Shown piece by piece: positions 47,998 through 58,424 of a stretch of DNA of 64,000 nt (within the stretch, counting starts at the first letter, position 1; every line of letters begins with the position of its first letter). Origin of the DNA: an uncultured virus (IMG/VR IMGVR_UViG_3300025096_002805) (lineage: Duplodnaviria > Heunggongvirae > Uroviricota > Caudoviricetes); the IMG/VR virus record IMGVR_UViG_3300025096_002805; one strand, 5' to 3'. Position numbers and translations under genes: made by a program. Below the pieces are notes generated by a model. It had not been told where the DNA came from. It worked only from the letters and a program-made list of their open reading frames with translations, and made no database searches.

Positions 47998-48968
47998 TGG
48001 TATGGTTTCCATGTAGGGTGACTACCCCAGCTATCGTTCCAATACCAGCCCCATGAGTCATATACTTTACCATCAATAGTTCGATGATTGCCAGTTCTAT
48101 TATACCGCCCTATACCTCCTAGGCCTCCTCCATACCATTCGTGAGTATTAGGGTCTGGCACAATTGCTCTTTCTCTAAGCCATGCGAGGTCTCGATTATT
48201 TGGACTTACTATTTTATCTGTATTAGTAGTTGGGTCCATTGCGTCAGATGATATATTTATTGTGTCTTCTTCGAGCCATCTTTTAAATTCTACATGCGCA
48301 TCTACGAAAGAAATAACAGAACCGTTATTGTGATAAACTCCCGGCCAGTCTTGAGAGAAAAAACTTTCACCATTTTTAAGCGTTGGCGCTACTCTAAAGT
48401 TGCCAGCGTTAATAGATTGAGGCGGCATTTCAATAAAGGTAAATAACTGGCTAGCGTTGTGTACATCATCGTAAGTATGATGAATTTTGTATTGGGTATC
48501 TGATAACCAAGGCCATCCTGACCAACCACCAACAAAAAGATTTATACTATAAGAGCGAGGCCTGTTGACTATTTTAGGTTTGAGTGTGTCAGATATAGGC
48601 CCGGGTATGCGAACGGTTGACTTGTCGCCGGGACAATGATATATACCCATACCAGCATAAGGTTTTAAAGGCGAATAGAAGAGAGGTCTGTCAGTTTGAC
48701 CCCATGCACCGTTACCGCTCATGCTATCAGCAACCCACGCCCACATTCCTGAGGGCTCACCAGCCCATGCTGATGCATATGGAAATCTATTTTCGTGATC
48801 TGCTGCAAACTCTACGTAAGCAAGGTTGAGTTGACGCTGGTTGTTTATGCATGCGGCCTGCCAGCCTGTTTGCTTAGCCGAGCTCAATGCGGGGAGCAGA
48901 AGGGCCGCTAAGATTGCGATAATAGCTATGACAACTAGTAGCTCAATTAATGTAAACGCTTGTTTCAT
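47994..48968 (-). CDS. Prepilin-type N-terminal cleavage/methylation protein, paralog
   Basis: [29 protein letters not shown].....FVDAHVE. Confidence 0.9.
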   Translation of the reverse strand: MKQAFTLIELLVVIAIIAILAALLLPALSSAKQTGWQAACINNQRQLNLAYVEFAADHENRFPYASAWAGEPSGMWAWVADSMSGNGAWGQTDRPLFYSPLKPYAGMGIYHCPGDKSTVRIPGPISDTLKPKIVNRPRSYSINLFVGGWSGWPWLSDTQYKIHHTYDDVHNASQLFTFIEMPPQSINAGNFRVAPTLKNGESFFSQDWPGVYHNNGSVISFVDAHVEFKRWLEEDTINISSDAMDPTTNTDKIVSPNNRDLAWLRERAIVPDPNTHEWYGGGLGGIGRYNRTGNHRTIDGKVYDSWGWYWNDSWGSHPTWKPYQ

Positions 48969-49534
48969 TCATCCTTTATTTTAACTGTTCCATATTCGTA
49001 AGAGTAAGGGTCAAGCCTAGCCTTCACTTTATTGATTAGTTTGGTTAAAATTTTAAAAATGAAAAAATAAAATTTATATTTAAAAGTCTTTTCATGTTCG
49101 TCCTGCTTACTCCTCGCTGCCTCCCACTTCCTGTTCTCTAATTCGATTTCTTTTGCAGTTCTATGTATTTTAAATTCATATAAACGTTTTGCGTCAAGTT
49201 TTCCTTTGCGAAAGACAAACACAAACTCTGCCCAGTGGACATTGCCTTCTTTGTCCTTTATATGATCGTAAAAATCAACTTCTCCCGTATAGGTCGTGGG
49301 TATCCATTTACTTCCTTTAACTTCTTGGAGGACCGCGTCTCTATCGTTCTTGTAAAGCTTTTGTTTGTAGAGCTTGTAGATCGCCAGTTCGTTATCCAAG
49401 GATTTAGTTTGGAAAACGACTCCTGAGATAGAGCCTGCGAAGCTCTTTGTCGTCTTAAGTAACTTCTCTTCCTCTTTGGTTAGTAAGCCTTTCAAGTAAG
49501 ACTTCGGTATTACTATTTCATCAAACATTCCCAT
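48965..49534 (-). CDS. Conserved phage hypothetical protein
   Basis: MGMFD...FQTKSLD. Confidence 0.7.
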   Translation of the reverse strand: MGMFDEIVIPKSYLKGLLTKEEEKLLKTTKSFAGSISGVVFQTKSLDNELAIYKLYKQKLYKNDRDAVLQEVKGSKWIPTTYTGEVDFYDHIKDKEGNVHWAEFVFVFRKGKLDAKRLYEFKIHRTAKEIELENRKWEAARSKQDEHEKTFKYKFYFFIFKILTKLINKVKARLDPYSYEYGTVKIKDE

Positions 49535-49736
49535 CGGTATCCTTTTTCTTATACACTACTCCGCATCCATCTGAGCTGGTCGTTATTGTTTCTTTTACTA
49601 TTAAAGTCGCCCTGTCTGACAGGAACTGCTCCCTTTCTAGCATTTTATCTACTTCAGTTAAGGCTTCGTATTCATTTGCGTTTCTAACCTCTATGTTGCA
49701 AACACAGGTTATAGTGGCTCTTCTTTCCATTTTAAA

Positions 49737-50102
49737 CTACGGCTTATTGTATCTATTTGGTTCTTTTTTCTTCAACCATTTTATTGATTTTACTTCATAG
49801 CCAGCAGATTTTACAATTTTGCGAATTTCAGTAGGGTGTACTTCTGGACCCCAATACTCTAAAAGAATGATCTCTTTTTTAGTAATCATTTCTAAATTTT
49901 TAACTTTTTTAGTTTTCTTGAATCCTATTTTAATACCAACGGCACAAGAGGGACAGACCATACCGGGAATCAAAACCTCTACATCTGGGTCGACTGCTTT
50001 GTTTCCAAAAGTTGGATACGCTCCCGATAGAGAGGTAACTAGCAGCCAGCCCATTAATAGGCCAACAATTGCAATTATTAGTGTTTTTCTGTTAGCTCGC
50101 AT
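49737..50102 (-). CDS. Exported heavy-metal-associated (HMA) domain protein
   Basis: N-terminal TM segment, GMVCPSC, AGY. Confidence 0.8.
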   Translation of the reverse strand: MRANRKTLIIAIVGLLMGWLLVTSLSGAYPTFGNKAVDPDVEVLIPGMVCPSCAVGIKIGFKKTKKVKNLEMITKKEIILLEYWGPEVHPTEIRKIVKSAGYEVKSIKWLKKKEPNRYNKP

Positions 50103-50278
50103 TTTATTCTCCTGTTTTGAAAATTTTCATTAATTGGTTAAGCTCTCTTCGGAAATCATCTGCCATTTCGACCTTTATAGCGTCTTCGTCTTCCATTATG
50201 GGCATATCTTTTACGATTTTATCGTACTTTCTTATAAGCTTCTTTATGAAAGAATAGCACTTTCTCGGCTTTGACCTG

Positions 50279-50755
50279 TCAAATTCTGAGATATTCATTT
50301 AAATGTTCCTTTTCTAGACCTGCGTCTCTTTTGAGATTGATAGCAAAGGCTGTTTTAATCTCATGGCCGTTTTTAACAGCTCCTTTGGGTTTAATGTCGT
50401 TAACCAGTATCCTAGCTCCAGATGTTATGTCGAAAATAATCTGATCGTACTTTATGCCTAGGAAGTCTAAGGCTTTAACGGTGTGATCTTTGTGTCTTTT
50501 TGATCTGGCGGTGGTTAGCACGACTTTATCTTGTTTGGGGATGTTTTTTAAAAACTTTTTGCTGGAAGGTAGTGCGATCTCTTGTCTGAATGACTTTGGG
50601 CCAAACTGATTTATGATGCTATCTAAACTTTCATTAGATGTGCTTTTTAGCAAGGTCCCGTCTAAGTCAAAGAACCATGTTTTGCCAAGCTTGTCTTGAA
50701 TTTCTTTATTTTCTTGAACTCTTATCTCTGTGGAGACTTTTTCCGCTGACATCAT
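50279..50755 (-). CDS. HAD-family phosphatase-like protein
   Basis: FDLDGTL, TTAR, RILVND. Confidence 0.8.
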   Translation of the reverse strand: MMSAEKVSTEIRVQENKEIQDKLGKTWFFDLDGTLLKSTSNESLDSIINQFGPKSFRQEIALPSSKKFLKNIPKQDKVVLTTARSKRHKDHTVKALDFLGIKYDQIIFDITSGARILVNDIKPKGAVKNGHEIKTAFAINLKRDAGLEKEHLNEYLRI

Positions 50756-50806
50756 TCTTATATTTTATATTATATACTGTTATTACACTTGGGTCAAGCT
50801 AAAAAG

Positions 50807-50830
50807 AAGAGGGGGGCCGAAGCCCCCCTT
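50807..50830 (-). terminator. Intrinsic terminator
   Basis: G-rich/C-rich stem with TTCG loop and a T-rich tail on the minus strand. Confidence 0.75.
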
Positions 50831-51015
50831 TGGTATTACTTTATTACAATATCGCCCCCGCGTGACTCGGGTCGCCTTATTATAACCATTCCAACTTTGC
50901 TCCTCGGTATGTTCAACTTCCAATTTACTTCTGGAGTGGATTCATTAGCTCTATCAGCTATCCTGTGGGGAATATAATATGGCTTATGGTATTGTATGAT
51001 AAGATTGTCACTCTT

Positions 51016-51546
51016 TCATTGTGGCCTATTTCCTCTGCCTCCCCGACGAGAGCCTCTGCTCCTGTCAGAGCCGGGTTTACGGCCTCTCTTGCGGCTTTCA
51101 GCTTTCTTTTCTCCATCTTTAGGAGAGCGCTTAGCTGCGGCCTTCTTTCTCCACTCTGCTGTAGCCTTACGAGCTACTGCTCTTTCCTTCTCGTCTAGCT
51201 TACCGTCTTTGTTCTTATCGAACTTCTTGACAAGGTCTTCGCGTGAAGGCCTACGACTTGATCCCTTAGCCCCTGAAACATAACTCTTTCTTAGGGCTGC
51301 TAGTTTCTCCTTGGCTTGCTTTTCTGTAATCTTACCAGCCTTGACGCCATCTTTGATTTTCTTGGCAGCAAGAGCGTGCCTCTTCTTTCTAACTTCTGCT
51401 GGGTTAGCTTTCTTAGGCGCTGGCTTAACTTTAACTTTATCTACTCTGTTAGTTTTGCTGTGACTGCCGTGATGGTCAGCTTGAGCTATACTAACACCTC
51501 CTAGCAGCAAGGCTGCTACAATAATTAGTTTAATATACTTTGTCAT
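51016..51546 (-). CDS. Secreted basic protein with EF-hand-like loop
   Basis: Signal peptide; FDKNKDGKLDEKE. Confidence 0.75.
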   Translation of the reverse strand: MTKYIKLIIVAALLLGGVSIAQADHHGSHSKTNRVDKVKVKPAPKKANPAEVRKKRHALAAKKIKDGVKAGKITEKQAKEKLAALRKSYVSGAKGSSRRPSREDLVKKFDKNKDGKLDEKERAVARKATAEWRKKAAAKRSPKDGEKKAESRKRGRKPGSDRSRGSRRGGRGNRPQ

Positions 51547-51554
51547 AATAATTC

Positions 51555-52094
51555 TTATGGTTTTGGGTCGTTTCCGTCGATGACTTCGTCGCGCTTATTT
51601 TTAAACTCTTCACGAATCTCTTTTATGCGAGCATGAACTTCTTTGCGATGGCTTTTCATTGTTTCCATCCATTCTTTCCTAGAAGCAGTCATTTGCTCTC
51701 TTAGGGCCTTTTTCTCGTCGTCTGTGGCGTCTTTCCACTTACTCTTATCGAAACCGGCCCATTGCTTTTTAGCAGCCTCTTTGAAGGACTCGCGCAGTTC
51801 TTTAATCTTGGCGTCATCTCTTACGAGTCTACCAAAGCCGCCATCTTTTTTCTTGCGGTCTCCAACCTTGTGGCCTTTTTTCTTGGCATCGCCACGATGC
51901 TTCTTGCGCTTCTCAAAAGCAGCCTTAAGGCGCTCTTTAACTTTAGCTGGATCAAATTTCTTGCCACCGCGCTCGGGCTTCTCCTTTTCAGGTTTATCTG
52001 GTTTAGGCGCAGGCTTAGGGACCTGAGCTGAAACTGTTAACGCTGACGCCATAACAGCAACCAGCCCAATCTTAAGAATTCTTTTAATGAACAT
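51555..52094 (-). CDS. Secreted highly charged helical protein (Spy/CpxP/ZraP-like composition)
   Basis: Signal peptide and K/E/R-rich helices. Confidence 0.7.
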   Translation of the reverse strand: MFIKRILKIGLVAVMASALTVSAQVPKPAPKPDKPEKEKPERGGKKFDPAKVKERLKAAFEKRKKHRGDAKKKGHKVGDRKKKDGGFGRLVRDDAKIKELRESFKEAAKKQWAGFDKSKWKDATDDEKKALREQMTASRKEWMETMKSHRKEVHARIKEIREEFKNKRDEVIDGNDPKP

Positions 52095-52108
52095 AATGTA
52101 TATTACAC

Positions 52109-52124
52109 TGCAATTATCGTGCCA
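52109..52124 (-). promoter_or_regulatory. sigma54 consensus promoter
   Basis: Minus strand TGGCACGATAATTGCA. Confidence 0.7.
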
Positions 52125-52349
52125 AACATAGAGACGTTTATTCCTAGTGTTTTGTTACTTTTTTATTTATTTAAAAAAATATTGGGGAATAGAGCCCGAC
52201 TCATTGGGGAGTATTACCCTTATTTTCTTCTTTAACGAGTTCTTTTTCCTTTTCAAATTTTTGGGCCTCTTTTACAAATGACATATAAATAAAGAAGACT
52301 CCTAAAACAATAGGAACAACTATTAAGAGTGCTAGGGGGCTTGGTTCCA

Positions 52350-54326
52350 TCAATTTATTTCGCAATTGCCTCCAGCACACGCCAAGTTGGTTTGTAGGGT
52401 CGTTTCGTCATGTGTTTCTTGTAGAGCTGTATAGTCTACTTTAGACATAGAGGACGACAGTCTGTTGAAAGTCTTCTCGTCTTTTTCTGTCGAAACCCTC
52501 TCCATTGGAGCTTGTTTAAAATCCTTATCTCCAGTAGCAGCCAGCAAAGAAACGGCAGCAAAGAAATCTCTGTTCTTAAAAAGGTACTCGGCAACCTTGT
52601 CCCATTCGTCTTTCTCCACGAGGATCGTGCAGCTAACTGAATGGGTAGTTTTCTTTTTGTTATGTTTGGTTGTCCCGGGAAGAACCCAATTTTCTTGAGT
52701 TGATTTTATGTGATTGAGATGCTTAATTGCATCAAGGTCTTTCTTGGTTAATGCGCCGTTCGTGATTTCGATTGGAAAGGTGACAACGTCATCCGTCTTA
52801 TTCGCACTCCAAACGCTTTCCTCGCAGAGCTTATCATTATACAACTTAAAATACTGATACACATTATCAATTTTATTGCACTGTACGCGCCTAAAATACT
52901 TATGACTATGGTGAGGGTGAATGCCTGACGCAGAACCGAGAACCAAGCTAGACGTTCCTTCTGGTTTGACACAAGTGACTCTGGCTGCTGGCCTAATGTT
53001 AATTTTTTTCGCCCATTTTTCATTTGTGTTAACTGCTATTTCTGAACATTCCTTTTGGTATTTAGGGTTAAGTAAGGTCTTGGGGTTGTCCATTATTCCT
53101 GTTATTGATACACCAAGAAGAGCTTCTTCTTCTGTAAGCTCTCTGGAGGCGTTTCTGAGGTAGTGAAAGTCTGTATAGCCTGCTTGAAGTGTTCCTACTA
53201 AAGCAGCAGCCCAAGCGTGCTCTCTAAACTCTTTGGGAGTATGGGTCTTAGCTCCATTTACGGAAGTGAGATTACAAAACTGAACACCGCACCTTCCGTC
53301 CTTAGTTACCGGAATAAAGCCTATCTCTCGACAAGGGTTAGAAAGCATGTCTTCATGATCCGCAAAAATAAACCCCGGCTCACCGAACTCTTTAGCGCTG
53401 TTTAAAACCTTCTTGAAGTCTTCTTCTGTAACTTTTTTTCTCAAAAATAAGATTGAGTTATTGCTTCTGGCTCTCTGTGGGTTGTCTTCAAACCAGTTTC
53501 CTGTTTTAGAGTTCATCATGTCCTCATCGTCGGCGTCAAAGACAACGGAGGTCGCGGCACGGCGAATGCCTCCACTAAGAACCGCATCAGCGCAATGCAT
53601 TAGAATGTCGTAAGCATTTATTGGTTCTAGCCTTAACTGGCTTTTATTTTCGATGAGCTCGTCTAGCAACTTCTTGATCTTTATGTGAGCTGCTTTTAAT
53701 CCACTATAGCCGGGAGCTTTCCCTCCTCCAGTTTTGAGCCTCGCTCCTTTTCTCCGAATCTTAGAGTAATCGAATACAACCTTTCTGCCTGTAAAGGGAG
53801 TCTGTTTAAAGAAACTGTCAAGTAAAACTTCGATACTATCCGCCCAGCCCTCTATGCTGTCTTCAACAGAATACGTCATGACGATTCCCGTCTTATTTTC
53901 CGCGCTAACTAAGTCAGGAAGTCTGCTGAGATATTTCTTGGTAATTCCAAAATCAACTCCACACCCGCAAAGAAGTAGATAGAAACATTCGGCGAAAGAC
54001 CTAATTGAATCCATGTGTCTGCAAGAGCAATTAAAAATTCTTGCATTATGGGCTAGGACTGCTGGTCCTGCAAATTGCATAGACCTCATGGAAGGGATTA
54101 TCTTCTTTTCTCTTACTAGAGTGAAAGCTTTCTTGATTTCCTCTTTGTCTTCATCTGGTAAAAAGTTATATTTTTCTAGGTGCATCCCCTCTACTCTGGA
54201 GACCGCCTCATCCCACGTTTCTCTTCGTTTGTTTTTGTCGCTATAGCGAGCGTATTTGCTTGTAAAAATAAAATTTGAAATTTCCTCTAATCCGTTAATC
54301 TGGGGCTTACTATTTTGTGTGTGCAT
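52350..54326 (-). CDS. nrdJ: Class II (AdoCbl) ribonucleotide reductase
   Basis: FNC, GGIRR, NPCREI, TCVKPEGT, C-terminal CAGGNC. Confidence 0.88.
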   Translation of the reverse strand: MHTQNSKPQINGLEEISNFIFTSKYARYSDKNKRRETWDEAVSRVEGMHLEKYNFLPDEDKEEIKKAFTLVREKKIIPSMRSMQFAGPAVLAHNARIFNCSCRHMDSIRSFAECFYLLLCGCGVDFGITKKYLSRLPDLVSAENKTGIVMTYSVEDSIEGWADSIEVLLDSFFKQTPFTGRKVVFDYSKIRRKGARLKTGGGKAPGYSGLKAAHIKIKKLLDELIENKSQLRLEPINAYDILMHCADAVLSGGIRRAATSVVFDADDEDMMNSKTGNWFEDNPQRARSNNSILFLRKKVTEEDFKKVLNSAKEFGEPGFIFADHEDMLSNPCREIGFIPVTKDGRCGVQFCNLTSVNGAKTHTPKEFREHAWAAALVGTLQAGYTDFHYLRNASRELTEEEALLGVSITGIMDNPKTLLNPKYQKECSEIAVNTNEKWAKKINIRPAARVTCVKPEGTSSLVLGSASGIHPHHSHKYFRRVQCNKIDNVYQYFKLYNDKLCEESVWSANKTDDVVTFPIEITNGALTKKDLDAIKHLNHIKSTQENWVLPGTTKHNKKKTTHSVSCTILVEKDEWDKVAEYLFKNRDFFAAVSLLAATGDKDFKQAPMERVSTEKDEKTFNRLSSSMSKVDYTALQETHDETTLQTNLACAGGNCEIN

Positions 54327-54371
54327 CTCTTTAAGAAGGTTCTATCATTATTACACTAACTTGGCCTTAGG

Positions 54372-56969
54372 TCAAGATATATCTTTTAATTCGGACAGTT
54401 TTGTGAAGATTTTTTGACTTTGGATGCCAATGTTATCGATAAAAACCGCATCTTCTTTTTTGAGTCCTTTGATTATCACTATATCTTCCTTGGCGGGAAC
54501 CCTGCCTCCGTTAATTAGGGCGCTTTCGTCTATCTTTCGGTTAAATTGTAAAGCAGTTATTACTCCTGTCTCGTCAGAATTAGTTAGCCTCATGTAGGTG
54601 GAGCCTTTTTTAGACTTCCCCTTATAGTAATCATCAATAGTAGAAACAAATGTGACTTTCTCTCCTGCTCTTTTATCATTAACCTCTCTAATGCTCTGTA
54701 ATCCCGGCACACTCTCTTTAAACACCTTTCTGAGTGAGTTTGCGTGAGAATAGCCCAAGAGCTTTTTCTCATAATACCAGTTGGCTAAGCTCTCGGATTT
54801 ACTATTTTGGTTGTAAATTTCTTTATAAGGTGTGTATTTTCTCTTAATTGTCTCAAATCTTGAGCCTTTTATGTAAACTTTTCCGTCTTCGTCTTGTCTG
54901 TCAACTAAGCTTTTAATAATTTTAATTAAATCAAAATCAAATTTATCGCCTAGGCTGTAGGTTATTCTCTTCTCTCTTTGTGTTAATATGTTCCATAGTT
55001 GGGCTTCCAGCACTATCTTGGTTCTGGTCTGTGAGAAACCTTCGAAAGCTCCGGCTTGGATTAAGGCAGACAGTACGCCTATCCCGACCTTAGCTTCGCT
55101 GGCAGCTTGAAACACCTCGAACTTGTTTGAAAATTCTGCTCTAAAATTATTTAGCTTTTCTATGGTCTTGTCTGAAATTCCTTTTATAGAAGTCAACCCG
55201 TACCTTATGTTCTCTCCTTCAATGCAGAAGTCCATCTTAGACTTGGTAATATGGGGAGGTAGCAGCTTTATGTCAAATAGGGATAGCTCTACTTGTATCT
55301 TGTTTATTTCCGATAGGGGGTCTGGTTCGTGTTTCGTCATCTTCAAGAGAGACAAAAAGAATTCCTTAGGATACTTAAATTTCAAATAAGTTGTGATGGC
55401 TGCTAAGGCAGCATAACAAATCGAATGAGACTTATTGAAAGAATAGTTTGCGGAATCTTCTAGCACTTTCCACAGTACATCGCCTACGTCTACTTGCCCT
55501 TTGGTTCCTGTCCATTCAGATGAAAGCCTGTTTTCGTCTACTTTCTGTCTAATCTTTTTCTTCCACTGCCTGACTTCTTTAACTTTCTTCTTACCTACTA
55601 TTCGCCTTAAGATTTCCGCTTCATCTAGTGTGAAGCCTATCTTATGGGCCATCTGCATTAACTGCTCTTGGTAGAGGGCTACTCCCCCGGTTCCCTTAAG
55701 GATCTCGTCAAACAGAGGGTGTATGGGCTCGTAAGCGTCGTGGTTTGCGTAGTCAGCGTATTGTTTAACGAACGCAAGGGCTCCGGGCCTTCCTAGGGCT
55801 AATACGGCGCTAAGCTCTTCTAGGTTCTTAGGTCTTACTTCCTGACAGACTCTAAAGTTAGTGTCTGCTTCTATTTGGAATAGTCCGTGAGGAGTTTTTA
55901 AGTCCTGCAAGTCTCTATATATACTTAGGTCGTTAAGGTCTATTTCCGTAGCCTTTAATCCAACTTGCTGACAGACATCATTAACAACCGACACACTTCT
56001 GAGGCCTAGTATATCCAACTTGACGTTGAATAAAGAAACCCAATTCATATCATAGGACGATACCACGGCCTTGTCGCTGGTTAGTTCCACTGGGCAGCTA
56101 TCTTCTAGTTGGTCGTAAGATAGCAAGACGCCAGAAGCATGGACGCTCTTGTTTTTAATTAAGCCGCGAAGTTTTAGGGCTGTTCTGTACGCTTCTTTAT
56201 TTTCTTTTTCGTCGCACCAATCTTTAAATTCTGATACTTCTTCGTATGCTTCCTCTAGGTCCTTTACTTGACCAAAGATTTTGGGAATGTGGCTAGAGAC
56301 TGTGTTCATCTCTGTCTCGCTCTTACCTGCTATAATCTTTCCGCATTCTTTAATAAGAAGCTTGCCGCTAAGTTTATTAAGGGTGAGAATCTTTGCCGTC
56401 TTGCCTCTAAACTTGTCGTCGATATAATCTAATACTCTGTGCCTATTATAATAGCAAACATCATTATCAATATCGACCATAAGATTTCCGTCAAGATACG
56501 TGATCCCGTCTACGACCTTTTTCTTTGCCCGAATCTTTGAAATGAATCTCTCGAAAAATAAGTTATATTTAATTGGGTCTAGGTTAGTGATGCCTAGCAA
56601 AAATAAGACAAAACTTCCAGCAGCAGAACCACGGCCCAAGCCAATAGGGATATCGCTTTTTTTGCAAAAGTTAATAACATCCCAAGTGAGGAGCATGTAG
56701 TCGATAAAGCCAAGCTCTTTCATCGTCTTGATCTCAAGTTCTGTCCTGTCCGTATATCTCTCGGCAAGTTTGGGGTCTAGTTCCCCGCTCAAGATTTTCT
56801 CTTCGTACCCTACGTAGCAAAGCTTGCGGAGTATCTGGTAGTTGTCGTCCTCGTCGCTAACCTCAAGCTTCTCTTTAGCTTCGTCACTAATCTCAAAGGA
56901 GGGAAGTCTTACGCCGTGAAGCGACAAGTCTGTGTTTTTAAACTTTTTTAAAAATGTATTTGGTGTCAT
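54372..56969 (-). CDS. dnaE: DNA polymerase III alpha catalytic region, lacking PHP domain
   Basis: GRGSAAGS, DIDND, HASG, KLDILGL, YQEQ, YSFNKSH. Confidence 0.92.
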   Translation of the reverse strand: MTPNTFLKKFKNTDLSLHGVRLPSFEISDEAKEKLEVSDEDDNYQILRKLCYVGYEEKILSGELDPKLAERYTDRTELEIKTMKELGFIDYMLLTWDVINFCKKSDIPIGLGRGSAAGSFVLFLLGITNLDPIKYNLFFERFISKIRAKKKVVDGITYLDGNLMVDIDNDVCYYNRHRVLDYIDDKFRGKTAKILTLNKLSGKLLIKECGKIIAGKSETEMNTVSSHIPKIFGQVKDLEEAYEEVSEFKDWCDEKENKEAYRTALKLRGLIKNKSVHASGVLLSYDQLEDSCPVELTSDKAVVSSYDMNWVSLFNVKLDILGLRSVSVVNDVCQQVGLKATEIDLNDLSIYRDLQDLKTPHGLFQIEADTNFRVCQEVRPKNLEELSAVLALGRPGALAFVKQYADYANHDAYEPIHPLFDEILKGTGGVALYQEQLMQMAHKIGFTLDEAEILRRIVGKKKVKEVRQWKKKIRQKVDENRLSSEWTGTKGQVDVGDVLWKVLEDSANYSFNKSHSICYAALAAITTYLKFKYPKEFFLSLLKMTKHEPDPLSEINKIQVELSLFDIKLLPPHITKSKMDFCIEGENIRYGLTSIKGISDKTIEKLNNFRAEFSNKFEVFQAASEAKVGIGVLSALIQAGAFEGFSQTRTKIVLEAQLWNILTQREKRITYSLGDKFDFDLIKIIKSLVDRQDEDGKVYIKGSRFETIKRKYTPYKEIYNQNSKSESLANWYYEKKLLGYSHANSLRKVFKESVPGLQSIREVNDKRAGEKVTFVSTIDDYYKGKSKKGSTYMRLTNSDETGVITALQFNRKIDESALINGGRVPAKEDIVIIKGLKKEDAVFIDNIGIQSQKIFTKLSELKDIS

Positions 56970-57604
56970 AGTTCTAGCGAGTACTTTAAGCGGTTCCAGA
57001 CTTTTACGTTAAGCTCTAGATCGACAAGGGCGTTATGTAGGTTTTGGTAATCGTGCTCTATATCAAATTCTTTGCCTAAAGCTGTTAAATTAGATCTAAT
57101 CCCTTTTCTTCTTGTATTATATATTCTGTATTGATATTCTGCGAAATCTTCTTCTGGCTTATATGGTATATCCATCTTAATGCCTCTGGCTATACAATTA
57201 GTATCAATAGTCTTTGATACAAGGTGTTTATAATCCTTGCCTGCTATTTTATAAAGTTCTTTTATTAAATAAATATCAAAACCAAGTATATTATGCCCAA
57301 CTATATAGTCTGCTTCATCTAGCCATTTTATAATTGTGGGTAAGGTTTGCTTAACATTCTTACCAACTTTATTTACATAATCTTCATCATAGCGAGTGAT
57401 GCGAGCAGCATCTTCACTAATCTTGAAGTCGGTGTCCCACTTAATGTAATAATCTTTTTCATCAAGTTTTTTTGTGCCGTCCGTCTTAATCATTGATACC
57501 TGCCAAGTTACGTTGTGACAGAAGTTCAAGCAGAGATTGTATGTCTCGCAGTCAATGAAGATTAGTTTTTTATCTTTTCTAAATCTAAGTAAGTGTTCGT
57601 CCAT
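56966..57604 (-). CDS. DEDDh 3'-5' exonuclease (DnaQ-like)
   Basis: DCET, GHN...FD, HNALVD. Confidence 0.9.
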   Translation of the reverse strand: MDEHLLRFRKDKKLIFIDCETYNLCLNFCHNVTWQVSMIKTDGTKKLDEKDYYIKWDTDFKISEDAARITRYDEDYVNKVGKNVKQTLPTIIKWLDEADYIVGHNILGFDIYLIKELYKIAGKDYKHLVSKTIDTNCIARGIKMDIPYKPEEDFAEYQYRIYNTRRKGIRSNLTALGKEFDIEHDYQNLHNALVDLELNVKVWNRLKYSLEL

Positions 57605-57640
57605 ATATATAGTCCACTGTTAAATTAATCCTCCCGCGGA

Positions 57641-58420
57641 TTATTTTTTGCTTTTTGCATTTTTTTGTTGCTCTTTCCAGCTTTCAAAACTAAACTCGTT
57701 GGAGCAGAGGTGATCAAACTTAGGATTGTCTAAGGTGGATCGATTGTTGATGCACCTAAAAGTAAGATAAGCTTTGAAGTCGTCTTTGTTCTCGTAGTAA
57801 ATCGACTTCACAGCAAGTGACTGCATTTCGTTTTCTTTGCAATACGTTTTAACTTTCTTATTTATAATATAATCAAAAGGTAAATCATTGTCTTCTATAA
57901 AAAATACAGGTTTAGTAAACTCAAACTTTGGAAAGCAAACTGAAAAGGTCATTGAATTTTTAAACAAAAATGAGTCGTAAAAGGGAACGCATAGCTGAAG
58001 GCTCTTGTCGTCCCAGTGCTTCGCAAGAATTGAAAAGTCTGCTCTTGGCTGGTAATAGAATCCGTCGCACGCCGCATAGCTAGATATCTTGATAAGCTTT
58101 TTGTATCCTTCGCTGTTTTTAGCTAAAATAACAAATTTACATTCTGTGTCAAGGGAATCCTTACTTTTGTCTGTGCTGTCATTGCATATAGACAGCCTCA
58201 GGCCAAAGGTTAAGTTTATGCCGCTGTTTTCAAAATTTTTATAAGCCTCTAGGTAGCCGCTCATAGTGTCCTCCACTAAAAATACGGACTCCAGTTTGTT
58301 TCTCTTGGCTATTTCGACTATCGAAGAAGGGTAGTTGCTTCTCTTTTCCTCTAGGTCTTCCAAAGAGAGAATCGATCTGCCGATACTATAGTGAGATTTG
58401 AATAAAGGAATAGATTTCAT
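57641..58420 (-). CDS. Stand-alone PHP domain (DnaE N-terminal part)
   Basis: SHYSI, LAKN.EGY..L..ISS, FYYQPR. Confidence 0.85.
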   Translation of the reverse strand: MKSIPLFKSHYSIGRSILSLEDLEEKRSNYPSSIVEIAKRNKLESVFLVEDTMSGYLEAYKNFENSGINLTFGLRLSICNDSTDKSKDSLDTECKFVILAKNSEGYKKLIKISSYAACDGFYYQPRADFSILAKHWDDKSLQLCVPFYDSFLFKNSMTFSVCFPKFEFTKPVFFIEDNDLPFDYIINKKVKTYCKENEMQSLAVKSIYYENKDDFKAYLTFRCINNRSTLDNPKFDHLCSNEFSFESWKEQQKNAKSKK

Positions 58421-58424
58421 CTTC

